Shown here: positions 19,619-29,068 of the stretch, piece after piece
Position numbering within the stretch: position 1 is the stretch's first letter
Layout of the letters: each line of letters begins with the position of its first letter
Assembly: GCA_963747115.1 (NCBI GenBank)
Contig: CAVVEB010000019.1
Coordinates: forward strand, 76,704-140,703
Origin: an uncultured delta proteobacterium
GTDB lineage: Bacteria > Desulfobacterota > Binatia > Binatales > Binataceae
DNA length: 64,000 nucleotides
Direction of reading: 5' to 3'
Program-made: the position numbers and the translations under genes
The notes under the pieces: generated by a model
The model's database searches: none
What the model was told of the DNA's origin: nothing
The model's input: the letters and a program-made list of their open reading frames with translations, nothing else

Positions 19619-20566
19619 ATGCGACCGAACACGCTAAACGCAGAACCTGCCACTTCTTTCAACCAAAACAACGCGAAGCCGTCGCGACTGCCGGACTTTA
19701 TACATGTCGGCCCAGCGCGAACCGGAACGACCTGGCTGCATGAGGTTCTCACCAGTCACGTAGGTTTGCCGCGCGAAATTAAAGAAACCCATTTTTTTGA
19801 CAACCGCTTCGATAAAGGTGTCACTTGGTACGCGTGGCACTTCAAAGACTATCCGGCAGATCTTCCGATCGGCGAAATTGCACCGACCTATTTTTCGAAT
19901 GCGATAGCGATCCACAGAATTCGAAAGTTGATTCCCCAGTGCAAGATAATTTGTACCTTCCGCGAACCGGCCGAGCGCTTGTACTCGCTGTATCGGATGT
20001 ATCGCAAGGAGGGCCATCAGATTCCGGACACTTTTTATGAGTTTTGGCAGCTCATCGTCGCGGGAGGAGCGAATCCGTGCAGCTATGCCGGGCAGCTCCG
20101 TCTATGGCAGCGCGCATTTGCCGAACCCAATGTTCTGGCGTTGTTTTATGATGACCTCGATTCCGATCCTCAAGGCTATCTGGATCGAGTGTGCGATTTC
20201 GTCGGTATCGCGCGCATGCCGTTGAAACATTCGCCGGTCGGCGAGTCAAAGGTGTACTCGACGTGGAGCGAGGCGCGGCCCAATCTTTATTCGCGATCTA
20301 TCGTACGGGCAATTGACTGGTTTGCGCGCCACCACGGCGCGCCGCTGGTTCGGCTCGGCAAAAACACTCGCGTGCGTCGAATGATCCGCCAGCTTGTGGT
20401 CGCGGATTTTGAAGACGCCGGCCAATCTTCATTTGAAGAGCTTCGGCAAATCCTGCTGCCCGAGGTCGAGGCACTGGAACAACTGACGGGGAGAGATCTC
20501 TCCAGCTGGAAACCCGGCTTCGTCAACACCCTTAACGTCGATAGCGATCCTGTACATCGACGTTAG
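19619..20566 (+). CDS. sulfotransferase-family protein (tandem paralog)
   Basis: LPDFIHVGPARTGTTWLHEVL and IICTFREPAERLYS. It aligns along its whole length with 18700..19611. ATG 19619 lies 8 nt after the upstream TAG. Confidence 0.8.
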   Translation: MRPNTLNAEPATSFNQNNAKPSRLPDFIHVGPARTGTTWLHEVLTSHVGLPREIKETHFFDNRFDKGVTWYAWHFKDYPADLPIGEIAPTYFSNAIAIHRIRKLIPQCKIICTFREPAERLYSLYRMYRKEGHQIPDTFYEFWQLIVAGGANPCSYAGQLRLWQRAFAEPNVLALFYDDLDSDPQGYLDRVCDFVGIARMPLKHSPVGESKVYSTWSEARPNLYSRSIVRAIDWFARHHGAPLVRLGKNTRVRRMIRQLVVADFEDAGQSSFEELRQILLPEVEALEQLTGRDLSSWKPGFVNTLNVDSDPVHRR

Positions 20567-20629
20567 AATGGATATGATTGTGAACAATCCCACGTCAGCA
20601 ATCGAAGGGGCGCGCCCGCGATAGGCGAC

Positions 20630-21805
20630 ATGAAGGTGCCTGAAAATTCCGGATCGCGGACCCCTTCCAGCCATGGCCGCCTTGCCAGGTTTTGCGCCTC
20701 CGTCGCGGTAGTTCTGGTTTCAAGCTGCCTGACCTTGCTGCTCGGCGAGGTGATAGTCCGTGTGTTCGCGCCGACCGAGACGCTGAGCCTGTTTAACGAG
20801 GATTATCAGGGACTCAAAGCGGCGCGGCCGAATATTCACGGATTCCATGAAATCCCCGGGACGTTTCGCAAGACCTACTCCACCAGTGCGCAGCGCTTCC
20901 GCGGCCAGCAGTTGTTCGCGCCCCAACCACCTCCCGGTACGCTTAGAATCGCGGTACTTGGAGACAGCTTCACTTTCGGATGGGGCGCCAACGACGATGA
21001 GACCTATCCCGCGAATCTCGCGCGCATCTTAGCCAAGGAAGTGGGTCCAGTTGAGGTACTAAACGCGGGCGCCCTGGGCGACGGCACCGGCGACGAGGCG
21101 CTCTGGTACGACGCCTGGGTCAGCCGTTTCAATCCCAAGCTGGTCATTCTTACTGTCGTACCCAATGATACCGATGACGATCTTGCACGTACCCTGTTCG
21201 CCGTTGAACCGTCGGGGGAAGGGCATCCGCTGCCCGCACAACAACTGCATCATTACCAGCAATCTCAGCGCAGGTTCGCCCGTCTGATGCACAGCCTTCC
21301 TGGCTACGAATTCCTTGGCGAACATTCTGAGCTATTGAGCTTGTTTCGGCGGGTCGTGTCGCTGAAGATTCGAACCCGCAGGATTAATCAATGGCAAAAC
21401 GGCCAGGGTGCGCGAGCCTTCGAGACCGTGGGGCTTCCGCTATTAGCGGCAGAAGTGACGTGGCTCAATCACAGAGTGCAGCAGTCCAATGCCCGGTTGG
21501 TGGTTACCTTTGTCCCCTTCCGGGAAACCATTTATGGCGATCCACGCGCGAACAAGTCGGCGAATGATAAGGCGGCGGAAATGATCGCCACCCTGGCCCG
21601 AGCATGCGCCAGCGCGGGAATCCCGTTCCTCAACATGACGCCCGAAATGCGCACGGTAGCGGCCGCGGATAAACTTCCGCTCTACTACATGACGAATCTC
21701 GATGCCCACCCCACGCCGGAGGGCTATCGCGCGATAGCGAAAAATCTTGCGGCTTTTCTCACCGACCAATTGCACTTGAAGCAGACGATGCTGGCGCAAC
21801 ACTAA
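20630..21805 (+). CDS. membrane-anchored SGNH/GDSL-family hydrolase (esterase or acyltransferase)
   Basis: N-terminal TM segment (FCASVAVVLVSSCLTLLLGEVIV). SGNH blocks I (AVLGDSFTFGWG), II (NAGALGDG), III (VVPNDTDDD) and V (DAHPTPEGY). Confidence 0.75.
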   Translation: MKVPENSGSRTPSSHGRLARFCASVAVVLVSSCLTLLLGEVIVRVFAPTETLSLFNEDYQGLKAARPNIHGFHEIPGTFRKTYSTSAQRFRGQQLFAPQPPPGTLRIAVLGDSFTFGWGANDDETYPANLARILAKEVGPVEVLNAGALGDGTGDEALWYDAWVSRFNPKLVILTVVPNDTDDDLARTLFAVEPSGEGHPLPAQQLHHYQQSQRRFARLMHSLPGYEFLGEHSELLSLFRRVVSLKIRTRRINQWQNGQGARAFETVGLPLLAAEVTWLNHRVQQSNARLVVTFVPFRETIYGDPRANKSANDKAAEMIATLARACASAGIPFLNMTPEMRTVAAADKLPLYYMTNLDAHPTPEGYRAIAKNLAAFLTDQLHLKQTMLAQH

Positions 21806-22854
21806 TGAACGGAAAGTCTTCCGAAGCTGGGGCAAGCATTTCCTCGCCGGGCGCGTTCGCCAACAATCTTTCTCTTCTCCAATGCCCCGCGTGTGGCGGC
21901 GAATTCAAACTCGCAGCGCAAACGCTTGGATGCTCGCAATGCGGGCGCACCTTCGAACACGACAACGGAATTGCGCAGTTGTTTTGGCCCGCCGATGATC
22001 AAGTCCCAAGCGGGGACGTAACCGCCGTCGTCAAGGCCTTTTACGAAGAGAATCCCTTCCCCAATTACGACGATGTGGAATCAAGCTTCACACTGCGCGA
22101 AAAGGCCGGCAAAGGCATCTTCGCCCAACTGCTCGATGATAACGTTCCCTTGACCGCAAAAGTGCTCGAAGTCGGCTGCGGCACCGGGCAGCTCAGCAAC
22201 TTCCTTGGTGAATGCAGCACGCGCACGGTAGTCGGCGCCGATCTTTGCCTCAACTCGCTGCGGCTCGCGCAGGAGTTCAAGCTGCGCAACGAACTCGCCA
22301 ATGTGACCTTCTGCCAGATTAATCTGTTTCGCCCGCCGTTTAAGGCCGAAAGCTTCGATGTCGTCCTCTGCAACGGCGTGCTGCACCACACCAGCGACCC
22401 CTTCGGCGGGTTCAAATCGATTGTGCGCCGCATCAAAAGGGGCGGCGTCATCCTGGTCGGACTGTACAACACCTATGGCCGATTGCCGACCGATTTCCGG
22501 CGCACGATGATCCGGACTTTCGGTGACCGGGCGGCGGTTCTCGATTCACGCCTGCGAAAGTCGTCGCTTAACGAGGGCCGGCGGCGGGCTTGGCTGTATG
22601 ACCAATACAAACATCCGCACGAGTCCAAGCACACCTATGGCGAAGTGCTCGAATGGTTCGAGCAGTGTCGGATCGAATTCATCACCAGCATTCCAAAATG
22701 CACGGGAGGCCCGCTGCTTCCAACCGACCGGTTACTCGATCAGCAGGAGCCCCGGCCGAGGCGCATGGCCCGTTTTCTGACCCAGACAGGAATGCTGCTC
22801 AAGGGCGGCGTTGACGGTGGCCTCTTCATCATGATCGGACGCAAGGCCGCTTAG
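21805..22854 (+). CDS. class I SAM-dependent methyltransferase with N-terminal zinc-ribbon
   Basis: CPACGG...CSQCG four-Cys ribbon, then VLEVGCGTGQLS, VVGADL, FDVVLCNGVLHHTSDP and GGVILVGLYN. TAATG overlaps the upstream stop. Confidence 0.85.
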   Translation: MNGKSSEAGASISSPGAFANNLSLLQCPACGGEFKLAAQTLGCSQCGRTFEHDNGIAQLFWPADDQVPSGDVTAVVKAFYEENPFPNYDDVESSFTLREKAGKGIFAQLLDDNVPLTAKVLEVGCGTGQLSNFLGECSTRTVVGADLCLNSLRLAQEFKLRNELANVTFCQINLFRPPFKAESFDVVLCNGVLHHTSDPFGGFKSIVRRIKRGGVILVGLYNTYGRLPTDFRRTMIRTFGDRAAVLDSRLRKSSLNEGRRRAWLYDQYKHPHESKHTYGEVLEWFEQCRIEFITSIPKCTGGPLLPTDRLLDQQEPRPRRMARFLTQTGMLLKGGVDGGLFIMIGRKAA

Positions 22855-22988
22855 CGATCGATGCTGTGTCCGAGCCGTCAAGTGCGTCGCAGATGCGCGA
22901 TTAGCAAACCTCGCGCAAAAACCGGTAAAAATAACCACCCATCGTTGTCGTAAAATAGCTTGGGAATCGGTTATGTTACGTAGTTGCC

Positions 22989-23309
22989 ATGTCAACTAAG
23001 GAGCAAGAATTAGCGTCGGTTCCTGACGCCGCAAGCACCGGCCTCAAGCAATGGAGGCAGGAGCCCAAGCAACAGGGCGCCGGCCCCGGAGCGCTGAGCC
23101 GCCTGGTCACCGGAGCGAAGCGATTGAGCAAGCGGGTCGGCCAGGCCGAAGCGACGCTCATCCTGCGCATCTTCTATGTGGTGGTTTTTGGCGGCGTGGC
23201 GCTCGTGATGCGCGGAAAACGTCGTCAACTGCTCACGCTGGAGGACAGCGGTCCAGTTGCCTGGCTGCCTAGGCGCGCGCCCGGCACGGACCCGACCAAG
23301 CAATATTAG
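22989..23309 (+). CDS. small single-TM protein upstream of carbamoyltransferase (possibly SxtJ-like)
   Basis: 106-aa ORF with one hydrophobic segment (ILRIFYVVVFGGVALVM), ending 6 nt before the carbamoyltransferase ATG. The SxtJ assignment rests on gene context recalled from other genomes, not on motifs. Confidence 0.4.
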   Translation: MSTKEQELASVPDAASTGLKQWRQEPKQQGAGPGALSRLVTGAKRLSKRVGQAEATLILRIFYVVVFGGVALVMRGKRRQLLTLEDSGPVAWLPRRAPGTDPTKQY

Positions 23310-23314
23310 ACCAC

Positions 23315-25099
23315 ATGTATACCCTCGGCGTTTCCTGTTATTTTCACGATTCGGCCGCCGCTCTGCTTAACGATGGCGAACTGATCGCCGCAGCGGAAGA
23401 AGAGCGCTTCACGCGAAAAAAACACGACTACGAATTCCCTACCCACGCGATTGACTTTTGTCTGCGCCACGCGGGCATCCGGGGTGAGGATGTCGACTCG
23501 GTGGTTTTCTTCGAAAAGCCGTTCCTCAAATTTGAGCGGATTCTCGCCACTGCGGCGGCCACCTATCCTTCTTCGGGTACCGTGTTTCAGAAGGCGATGC
23601 TAACTTGGCTGAAGGACAAGCTGTGGGTGCGCAGCCTTCTGGCCGATTATCTCAAGATCGATCCCCGCAAGGTCCTCTTTTCCGAGCATCACCTGTCCCA
23701 CGCGGCGAGCGCCTTTTTCTGCTCGCCCTTCGAGGACGCGGCGATTCTTACCGTGGACGGCGTCGGCGAATGGGCCACCGCGACTTTTGGCGAGGGGCAC
23801 GGCACGAATATCAAGCTGGACGGCGAAATTCGGTTCCCGCATTCGTTGGGCCTCCTCTACAGCGCGTTCACCGCTTTTCTCGGCTTCGAGGTCAACGAGG
23901 GTGAATACAAAGTGATGGGGATGGCGCCATTCGGGAAGCCCAGGTTTCTCGACCAGGTGCACAAGCTGTTTCGCCTCGGCGCGGACGGCAGTTTCCGGCT
24001 TGAGATGAAGTACTTCTCGTTTCACAAGTCCCCGACGGACACCTACAACGATCATTTCACCGATCTTTTCGGAGCGGCGCGGCCAGCGGAGGCTCATTTC
24101 TTCACCAAAGATTCCGGGTATCCCTCTTATTTCGGGAAAAAGCCGGCCGATTTTGAGCGCCGGGCCGAGGACAACCAGCACTACGCGGATGTTGCCGCAA
24201 GTATCCAGGTTGCGACCGAGGAAATCCTGCTGCACATGGCGCGCGAGGTCCGCAATCGAACCGGACTCACGCGGCTGTGTATGGCGGGCGGCGTCGCCCT
24301 TAACAGCGTCGCAAACGGCCGCATCCTGAGGGAAGCCGGCTTCGACGAGATTTTCATTCAGCCAGCGGCGGGCGACGGCGGCGGCGCGCTGGGTGCCGCG
24401 CTTTGGGGCTATCATGTCGTGGCGGGCAATCCCCGAAAATTCCGCATGACCCACGCGTACTGGGGCGAGGAACATTCCAACGGTGCCGTGACCGATTTTC
24501 TGCACTCCCAAGGGGTGCCGCACGAGACCATTGACCATCAGGATGTTCTGCTTGACCGGGTGGTTGACGCATTGCAAAGTGGTTCGGTCGCCGGCTGGAT
24601 GCAGGGACGCTTTGAATGGGGCCCGCGAGCGCTGGGCAACCGATCCATCCTCGCCGATCCCCGGCGCGCGGAAATGAAGGAAATCGTCAATACAAAGATA
24701 AAGTTCCGCGAACCGTTCCGGCCCTTTGCGCCGGCGGTGATAGGGGACCGGGCGGGCGAATACTTTGAACCTCACACGGCGGAGCAACTGCCCGCGCGGT
24801 TTATGTTGTTGGTTGCGGACGTTGCGCCCGCGGCAAGGGCGAAAATTCCTGCCGTCACGCACATGGACGGTACCGGCCGCCTGCAGACCGTTTTCGCGGA
24901 TAGCAACCCGCTTTTTTTCCAGCTGCTGTCCAAATTTGACTCCGCGACCGGAGTCCCGGTGCTGCTCAATACTTCATTTAATCTCCGCGGCGAGCCAATC
25001 GTGAATACGCCCGCCGAAGCGCTCAACAGTTTCGCCCGCAGCGGTATGGACATCCTGGTGATCGGCAATTCTATAATCCGAAAGAGTGAGTTACGATGA
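23315..25099 (+). CDS. NodU/CmcH-family carbamoyltransferase
   Basis: N-terminal LGVSCYFHDSAAALLNDGELIAAAEEERFTRKKHD, then GGVALNSVANG and the C-terminal NTSFNLRGEPIV block characteristic of the family. Confidence 0.92.
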   Translation: MYTLGVSCYFHDSAAALLNDGELIAAAEEERFTRKKHDYEFPTHAIDFCLRHAGIRGEDVDSVVFFEKPFLKFERILATAAATYPSSGTVFQKAMLTWLKDKLWVRSLLADYLKIDPRKVLFSEHHLSHAASAFFCSPFEDAAILTVDGVGEWATATFGEGHGTNIKLDGEIRFPHSLGLLYSAFTAFLGFEVNEGEYKVMGMAPFGKPRFLDQVHKLFRLGADGSFRLEMKYFSFHKSPTDTYNDHFTDLFGAARPAEAHFFTKDSGYPSYFGKKPADFERRAEDNQHYADVAASIQVATEEILLHMAREVRNRTGLTRLCMAGGVALNSVANGRILREAGFDEIFIQPAAGDGGGALGAALWGYHVVAGNPRKFRMTHAYWGEEHSNGAVTDFLHSQGVPHETIDHQDVLLDRVVDALQSGSVAGWMQGRFEWGPRALGNRSILADPRRAEMKEIVNTKIKFREPFRPFAPAVIGDRAGEYFEPHTAEQLPARFMLLVADVAPAARAKIPAVTHMDGTGRLQTVFADSNPLFFQLLSKFDSATGVPVLLNTSFNLRGEPIVNTPAEALNSFARSGMDILVIGNSIIRKSELR

Positions 25100-25266
25100 G
25101 TAAAATAATCGGCCGTTTCCGGATCGTTGGTGAGTTACTCGGGTTTGTCCGCAATAACAAAATGCTGTGGCTGGCCCCCGTGATCGTCCTGCTCCTCCTC
25201 ATTACCGGGCTGGTTATAACCGCTCAGACCTCGGCGGTGGCGCCGTTCATTTACACGCTCTTCTAG
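25096..25266 (+). CDS. 56-aa membrane peptide, DUF5989-like (below the ORF-track size cutoff)
   Basis: My own translation gives MSKIIGRFRIVGELLGFVRNNKMLWLAPVIVLLLLITGLVITAQTSAVAPFIYTLF*. The ATG overlaps the carbamoyltransferase TGA (ATGA). The ...KMLWLAPVIV...SAVAPFIYTLF ending matches what I recall of DUF5989 peptides found next to carbamoyltransferases. Confidence 0.65.
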   Translation: MSKIIGRFRIVGELLGFVRNNKMLWLAPVIVLLLLITGLVITAQTSAVAPFIYTLF

Positions 25267-25406
25267 GCGCAATGGAGGAAGGCGCTCGCGCGCATGCGAG
25301 AATGCTCAGCGCCCGCCCTCTTCCTGTTCGAGAACATAGGCCAGACCCGGTCGCCTGATTCAAAAGTCACGGCACTGGTTCGGTCATCACCAATAGCAGC
25401 AGCCTG

Positions 25407-26537
25407 ATGAACAGCGACCCTTCCGCCCTTGCCCCAATGCCTTCGAGTCCGCCAAACTCCGGCAAAAATTTCCGGCCGTTGGTAAGCATCGTTATCGACA
25501 ACTTCAATTATGCGCGCTTCCTGCCGGCGGCTATCGACAGCGCGCTCGGCCAGAGTTACACGCCTACTGAAGTGATCGTCGTCGATGATGGTTCGACCGA
25601 TAACTCAGCGCAAGTAATCGCTAGATACGGAGATCGTCTGGTCGGCGTGCTCAAACCCAACGGCGGTCACGCCTCTGCATTCAATGCCGGGTTTCGCGCA
25701 AGCCGGGGCAATATCGTGTTCTTTCTCGACGCCGACGATATGCTTTTGCCCAATGCCGTCGCGGAAATCGTCGAGTCATGGCGGCCCGCAACGGCGAAGG
25801 CGCAGTTCGTTCTCGCGCACGTCGACGCCGAAGGACAGCCGCTTGGGGGAGCGGTTCCATACGACTCCGAGGAGATGCCAAACGGGGACCTTCGCAATCT
25901 GATCCTTGCCCGCGGCGGTTACGTCACACCGCCTACCAGCGGAAATGCCTTCGCACGTTCGGTACTCGATCGCCTCCTTCCGCTCGCGGAGGCGCAATGG
26001 CGCCAGGCCGCAGATACCTCACTCGAGATTCTGGCGCCATTCCTTGGTGATGTCGTGTCGATAAAAAAAACGCTCGGCTTGTATCGCGTTCACGGCGCCA
26101 ATCACGGAGCGCTGAGAGAAGGCCTTGAAGGACTGGACGGCCGCAAACTTCGGGTCAAGCTAATTATCGACGTACAGCGCGAACAGGCACTTCGCGAGTT
26201 CGGCAGGAACGCCGGCTTTGTCGTTCCTCGCAACTGGGCCGCGCGTGAGCCGGGCCACCTCAAATATCGTCTAGCTTCGCTGCGTTTGGATCCCGCGCAC
26301 CATCCATTTCTCGACGACAACCGCTTCTCGCTAATGCTCCAGGGCCTCGTCTCGAGTTGGAAAAGTCCTCGCTACAGCATACGCGCCAAGCTTTTTCACT
26401 CGGCCTGGTTTCCGCTGGTCGCGCTTCTTCCCCGATCAAGTGCGATATCGCTTCTACCCTTCGCTTTGGTGCCGAGAGCGCGGCACGCCGGTCAGCCCGC
26501 AGGCGAGCAGCGCTGCGGCTCCAGAGACCCCGTGTAG
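25407..26537 (+). CDS. family 2 glycosyltransferase
   Basis: VSIVIDNFNYARFLPAAIDSALGQSY, VIVVDDGSTDNS and VFFLDADDML (DxD) blocks. Confidence 0.9.
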   Translation: MNSDPSALAPMPSSPPNSGKNFRPLVSIVIDNFNYARFLPAAIDSALGQSYTPTEVIVVDDGSTDNSAQVIARYGDRLVGVLKPNGGHASAFNAGFRASRGNIVFFLDADDMLLPNAVAEIVESWRPATAKAQFVLAHVDAEGQPLGGAVPYDSEEMPNGDLRNLILARGGYVTPPTSGNAFARSVLDRLLPLAEAQWRQAADTSLEILAPFLGDVVSIKKTLGLYRVHGANHGALREGLEGLDGRKLRVKLIIDVQREQALREFGRNAGFVVPRNWAAREPGHLKYRLASLRLDPAHHPFLDDNRFSLMLQGLVSSWKSPRYSIRAKLFHSAWFPLVALLPRSSAISLLPFALVPRARHAGQPAGEQRCGSRDPV

Positions 26538-27676
26538 AGACCCTCGTAACGCGCGGCCACTGACGACCATGCGTAGTCGCTTTCTATCTTTCTCCGCGCT
26601 TGCAGAGAAAGTGCTTCACCTAGCGCAGGGTCGTTAAGCAGCTTTATCACCGCCTCAGAAATTTCGCTCGCGGAGTTGGCTATTATGACGTGGCGTCCGT
26701 CAATCAACGCAGTGCCTGAAAGGCTGCGATCGGTTGCTACTATCGGTGGACCCGAAGCCATCGCCTCGAGGATCTTGTTCTTCACGCCCATTCCAAACCG
26801 AAGCGGGCTTACGTAGACGGCCGCGCTCTGGAACCAGGGTCGCAAATCCGGAACCGTCCCGGTGACATGAACGCCAGATGTGCTGCCGAGAAGCTGGACA
26901 CGGCCGGATGGTTGCGCACCCACGATCCAGAAGGACGCGCCTGGAAAACCTTCGCGCACGATCGGAAAAACCTCACGAACGAAATACTCTGCCGCGTCTT
27001 CATTGGGAGGCCAACTCATGTTGCCTGTGAATACGATTCGGCCCGCTTCCGCCGCGGGCCGATAGGCGAAATACTCGAAATCGATTCCATTGGGAATCAC
27101 CGCGATGCGCGCGCGCGAAATCACGGTCGCGAGCGCATCTCTATCCGCCGCAGAAGTCACCACCACGCTATCAGCGTAGCCGAACCATCGGCGTTCCTGA
27201 CGGCGGGCCAGAAAATACAGGATGGAAAGATAGCCGCGCGAACGGGCACCTTTGGCATAAGACATAAACTCTCGGTACCGAAGTGATTTTGAATCGTGGG
27301 CGGAAAGAATCGCGGGCACAGTTCGCGGTTTGTCGCGAATCAAAGAACCCAACCCTCCGCCTTCAAGATGAATCGCCTCGGGATCCGTCCGCTTCAGAGC
27401 TTCGTGAAATTTCTGCACAAGGGCGGGATCTTGAACGCCGGCGAGCGCGCGAGCTCTGGCCGACAACCCGGGCGGCGGCGGCCGGAAGATTTCGTAAGAT
27501 CGACAATACTCACGCGGCCAATTGATTTGCTCCGCGCTCTCGCCACCATCGGAAGTCGCGATCAAATGAAAGTCGTGCCGCCCGGCGAGTTGTCGAATTA
27601 TGTTCGCAGGTATGAGCCGAAACCCGTCATGGCTCGGCAGATAGGGGACCATCTCCGAAACAAGGAGGATTCTCAT
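26492..27676 (-). CDS. family 4 (GT-B) glycosyltransferase
   Basis: MRILLVSEMVPYLPSHDGF start at ATG 27676 (ATGA overlap with the upstream stop). C-terminal GMGVKNKILEAMASGPPIVATD block. The upstream part of the listed ORF is Arg/Gly-rich and non-coding-like. Confidence 0.85.
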   Translation of the reverse strand: MRILLVSEMVPYLPSHDGFRLIPANIIRQLAGRHDFHLIATSDGGESAEQINWPREYCRSYEIFRPPPPGLSARARALAGVQDPALVQKFHEALKRTDPEAIHLEGGGLGSLIRDKPRTVPAILSAHDSKSLRYREFMSYAKGARSRGYLSILYFLARRQERRWFGYADSVVVTSAADRDALATVISRARIAVIPNGIDFEYFAYRPAAEAGRIVFTGNMSWPPNEDAAEYFVREVFPIVREGFPGASFWIVGAQPSGRVQLLGSTSGVHVTGTVPDLRPWFQSAAVYVSPLRFGMGVKNKILEAMASGPPIVATDRSLSGTALIDGRHVIIANSASEISEAVIKLLNDPALGEALSLQARRKIESDYAWSSVAARYEGLYTGSLEPQRCSPAG

Positions 27677-28944
27677 CCAACCCGGTAGCCCGGCCTCAAA
27701 ACCATTGGGGCCGCTTGCGACGACGGCGCCGCTGCGGTCTTTTTCTCTTTGGCCGCCACGTAACCCGCGATCATGTACAGGGGAGGCGCCAGCGAAATCG
27801 CCACCCATGGTTCCTTGACGAACTGAGCCGATAGAAATACCGCGGCCACCATGAAGCCGCTCAGCCCGATACGCATCGCGGCCCCCAGCGCGGCGAATTT
27901 CTCCGGAACGTCCGGTCGTTTTTCTACTACTCTGCAAGTGAACAACGTCATCAACAGAATCGCCAGGTAGAGCGCCAAAGTAGGTATCCCACCTTCCGCC
28001 CCGAGTTGAATATAAGTGTCGTGCGCAATGTGTTGGCCCGGATCCACGGCGAGGAGACGCGTATTGTAGTGGATTGCTTCCGGCTTGAAGCGATCCAGTC
28101 CGATGCCAAAGACAGGATGTCGCTCCATCATATTGATTCCGGCCCGTGCGAGTTCGAAACGGCTGCGAGTTGAGATCTCGGCGCCGGTCTCCGCCTGTCC
28201 CTCGAAGCGAATATGTCGCAGACGATCACGCATTCCCGCCGGACCAACTGCCAACAGAATCAAGATGCCGGCGACAAATACCACCCCGAGGCGCAACTTA
28301 TGGTTCGACTTCAGCCATCCCAAGGCGGCGGTGACTCCCAAGGCGAGGAGACCCCCGCGCGATTGCGCCACAAAAACCGCGAACGCCAGCGTCGGCGCGC
28401 AAATCTGACCAACCCTTCTCCAGTTGCGATTCTCGTCATAGGTGGCTAGCCAAACGGCCAGAGGCACCGCCAGCACCAGCGAAAGCGCCTCGTAGTTTGG
28501 ATCCGAAGAGGGGCCTAGTGGCCGGACCCAGTGATAGATGTAGTACTGCTTGTAGAGCCATGTGCTGGCAAACGTCTCTGCGGAGACCGACGCCCGGATC
28601 GTGTTTTGCAGCCGTTTGGGAGTGGTAACAAGGCTGCCGGTCGCGACGATCAGAATCGCGAATGAAAAAAAAGTCGAGGCATCGAGACCCGGAAAGGGCA
28701 GGAACGACAAGACCGTACCTATTATAGGATAAATCGCGAACGCCGCAAAAACGACCAGCAATCCCGCCGACGATCGCGGCGCGGCGTCATCGGGTCGAGG
28801 CATCAGCAGGACCTCCAAGACCAACAGGATGCCCACCACTTTTACCGGCGTGATGGGGACCGACGCGATGGTGACCAATTGGTAGCCGAATAGCGGATGC
28901 TCCTGAAATGGAATAAGGAACAGGAACAGATAGTACAAAGTCAT
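27673..28944 (-). CDS. O-antigen ligase/polymerase-like (Wzy_C-type) integral membrane protein
   Basis: About 10 or more hydrophobic segments and the loop block FVAQSRGGLLALGVTAALGWL typical of O-antigen ligase family proteins. Confidence 0.75.
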   Translation of the reverse strand: MTLYYLFLFLIPFQEHPLFGYQLVTIASVPITPVKVVGILLVLEVLLMPRPDDAAPRSSAGLLVVFAAFAIYPIIGTVLSFLPFPGLDASTFFSFAILIVATGSLVTTPKRLQNTIRASVSAETFASTWLYKQYYIYHWVRPLGPSSDPNYEALSLVLAVPLAVWLATYDENRNWRRVGQICAPTLAFAVFVAQSRGGLLALGVTAALGWLKSNHKLRLGVVFVAGILILLAVGPAGMRDRLRHIRFEGQAETGAEISTRSRFELARAGINMMERHPVFGIGLDRFKPEAIHYNTRLLAVDPGQHIAHDTYIQLGAEGGIPTLALYLAILLMTLFTCRVVEKRPDVPEKFAALGAAMRIGLSGFMVAAVFLSAQFVKEPWVAISLAPPLYMIAGYVAAKEKKTAAAPSSQAAPMVLRPGYRVG

Positions 28945-29068
28945 GTTGCCGAATCACTCCTCGGATCACGCATATATCGAGCCAGTCGATTGGTTCCGCT
29001 TCGGCAATCCAGCCTGAAAAAATTCGCCAATATCAGCGCGTGGCAAAAGGTTATCGGCTCACGCGGCG

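Noticed and set aside
26492-26537. 46-nt overlap of the convergent 3' ends of the GT2 (plus strand) and GT4 (minus strand) genes, considered as a possible antisense regulatory feature.
   Set aside because: Short convergent overlaps are common in compact high-GC genomes. No hairpin or other signal is visible, and either stop could be genuine.
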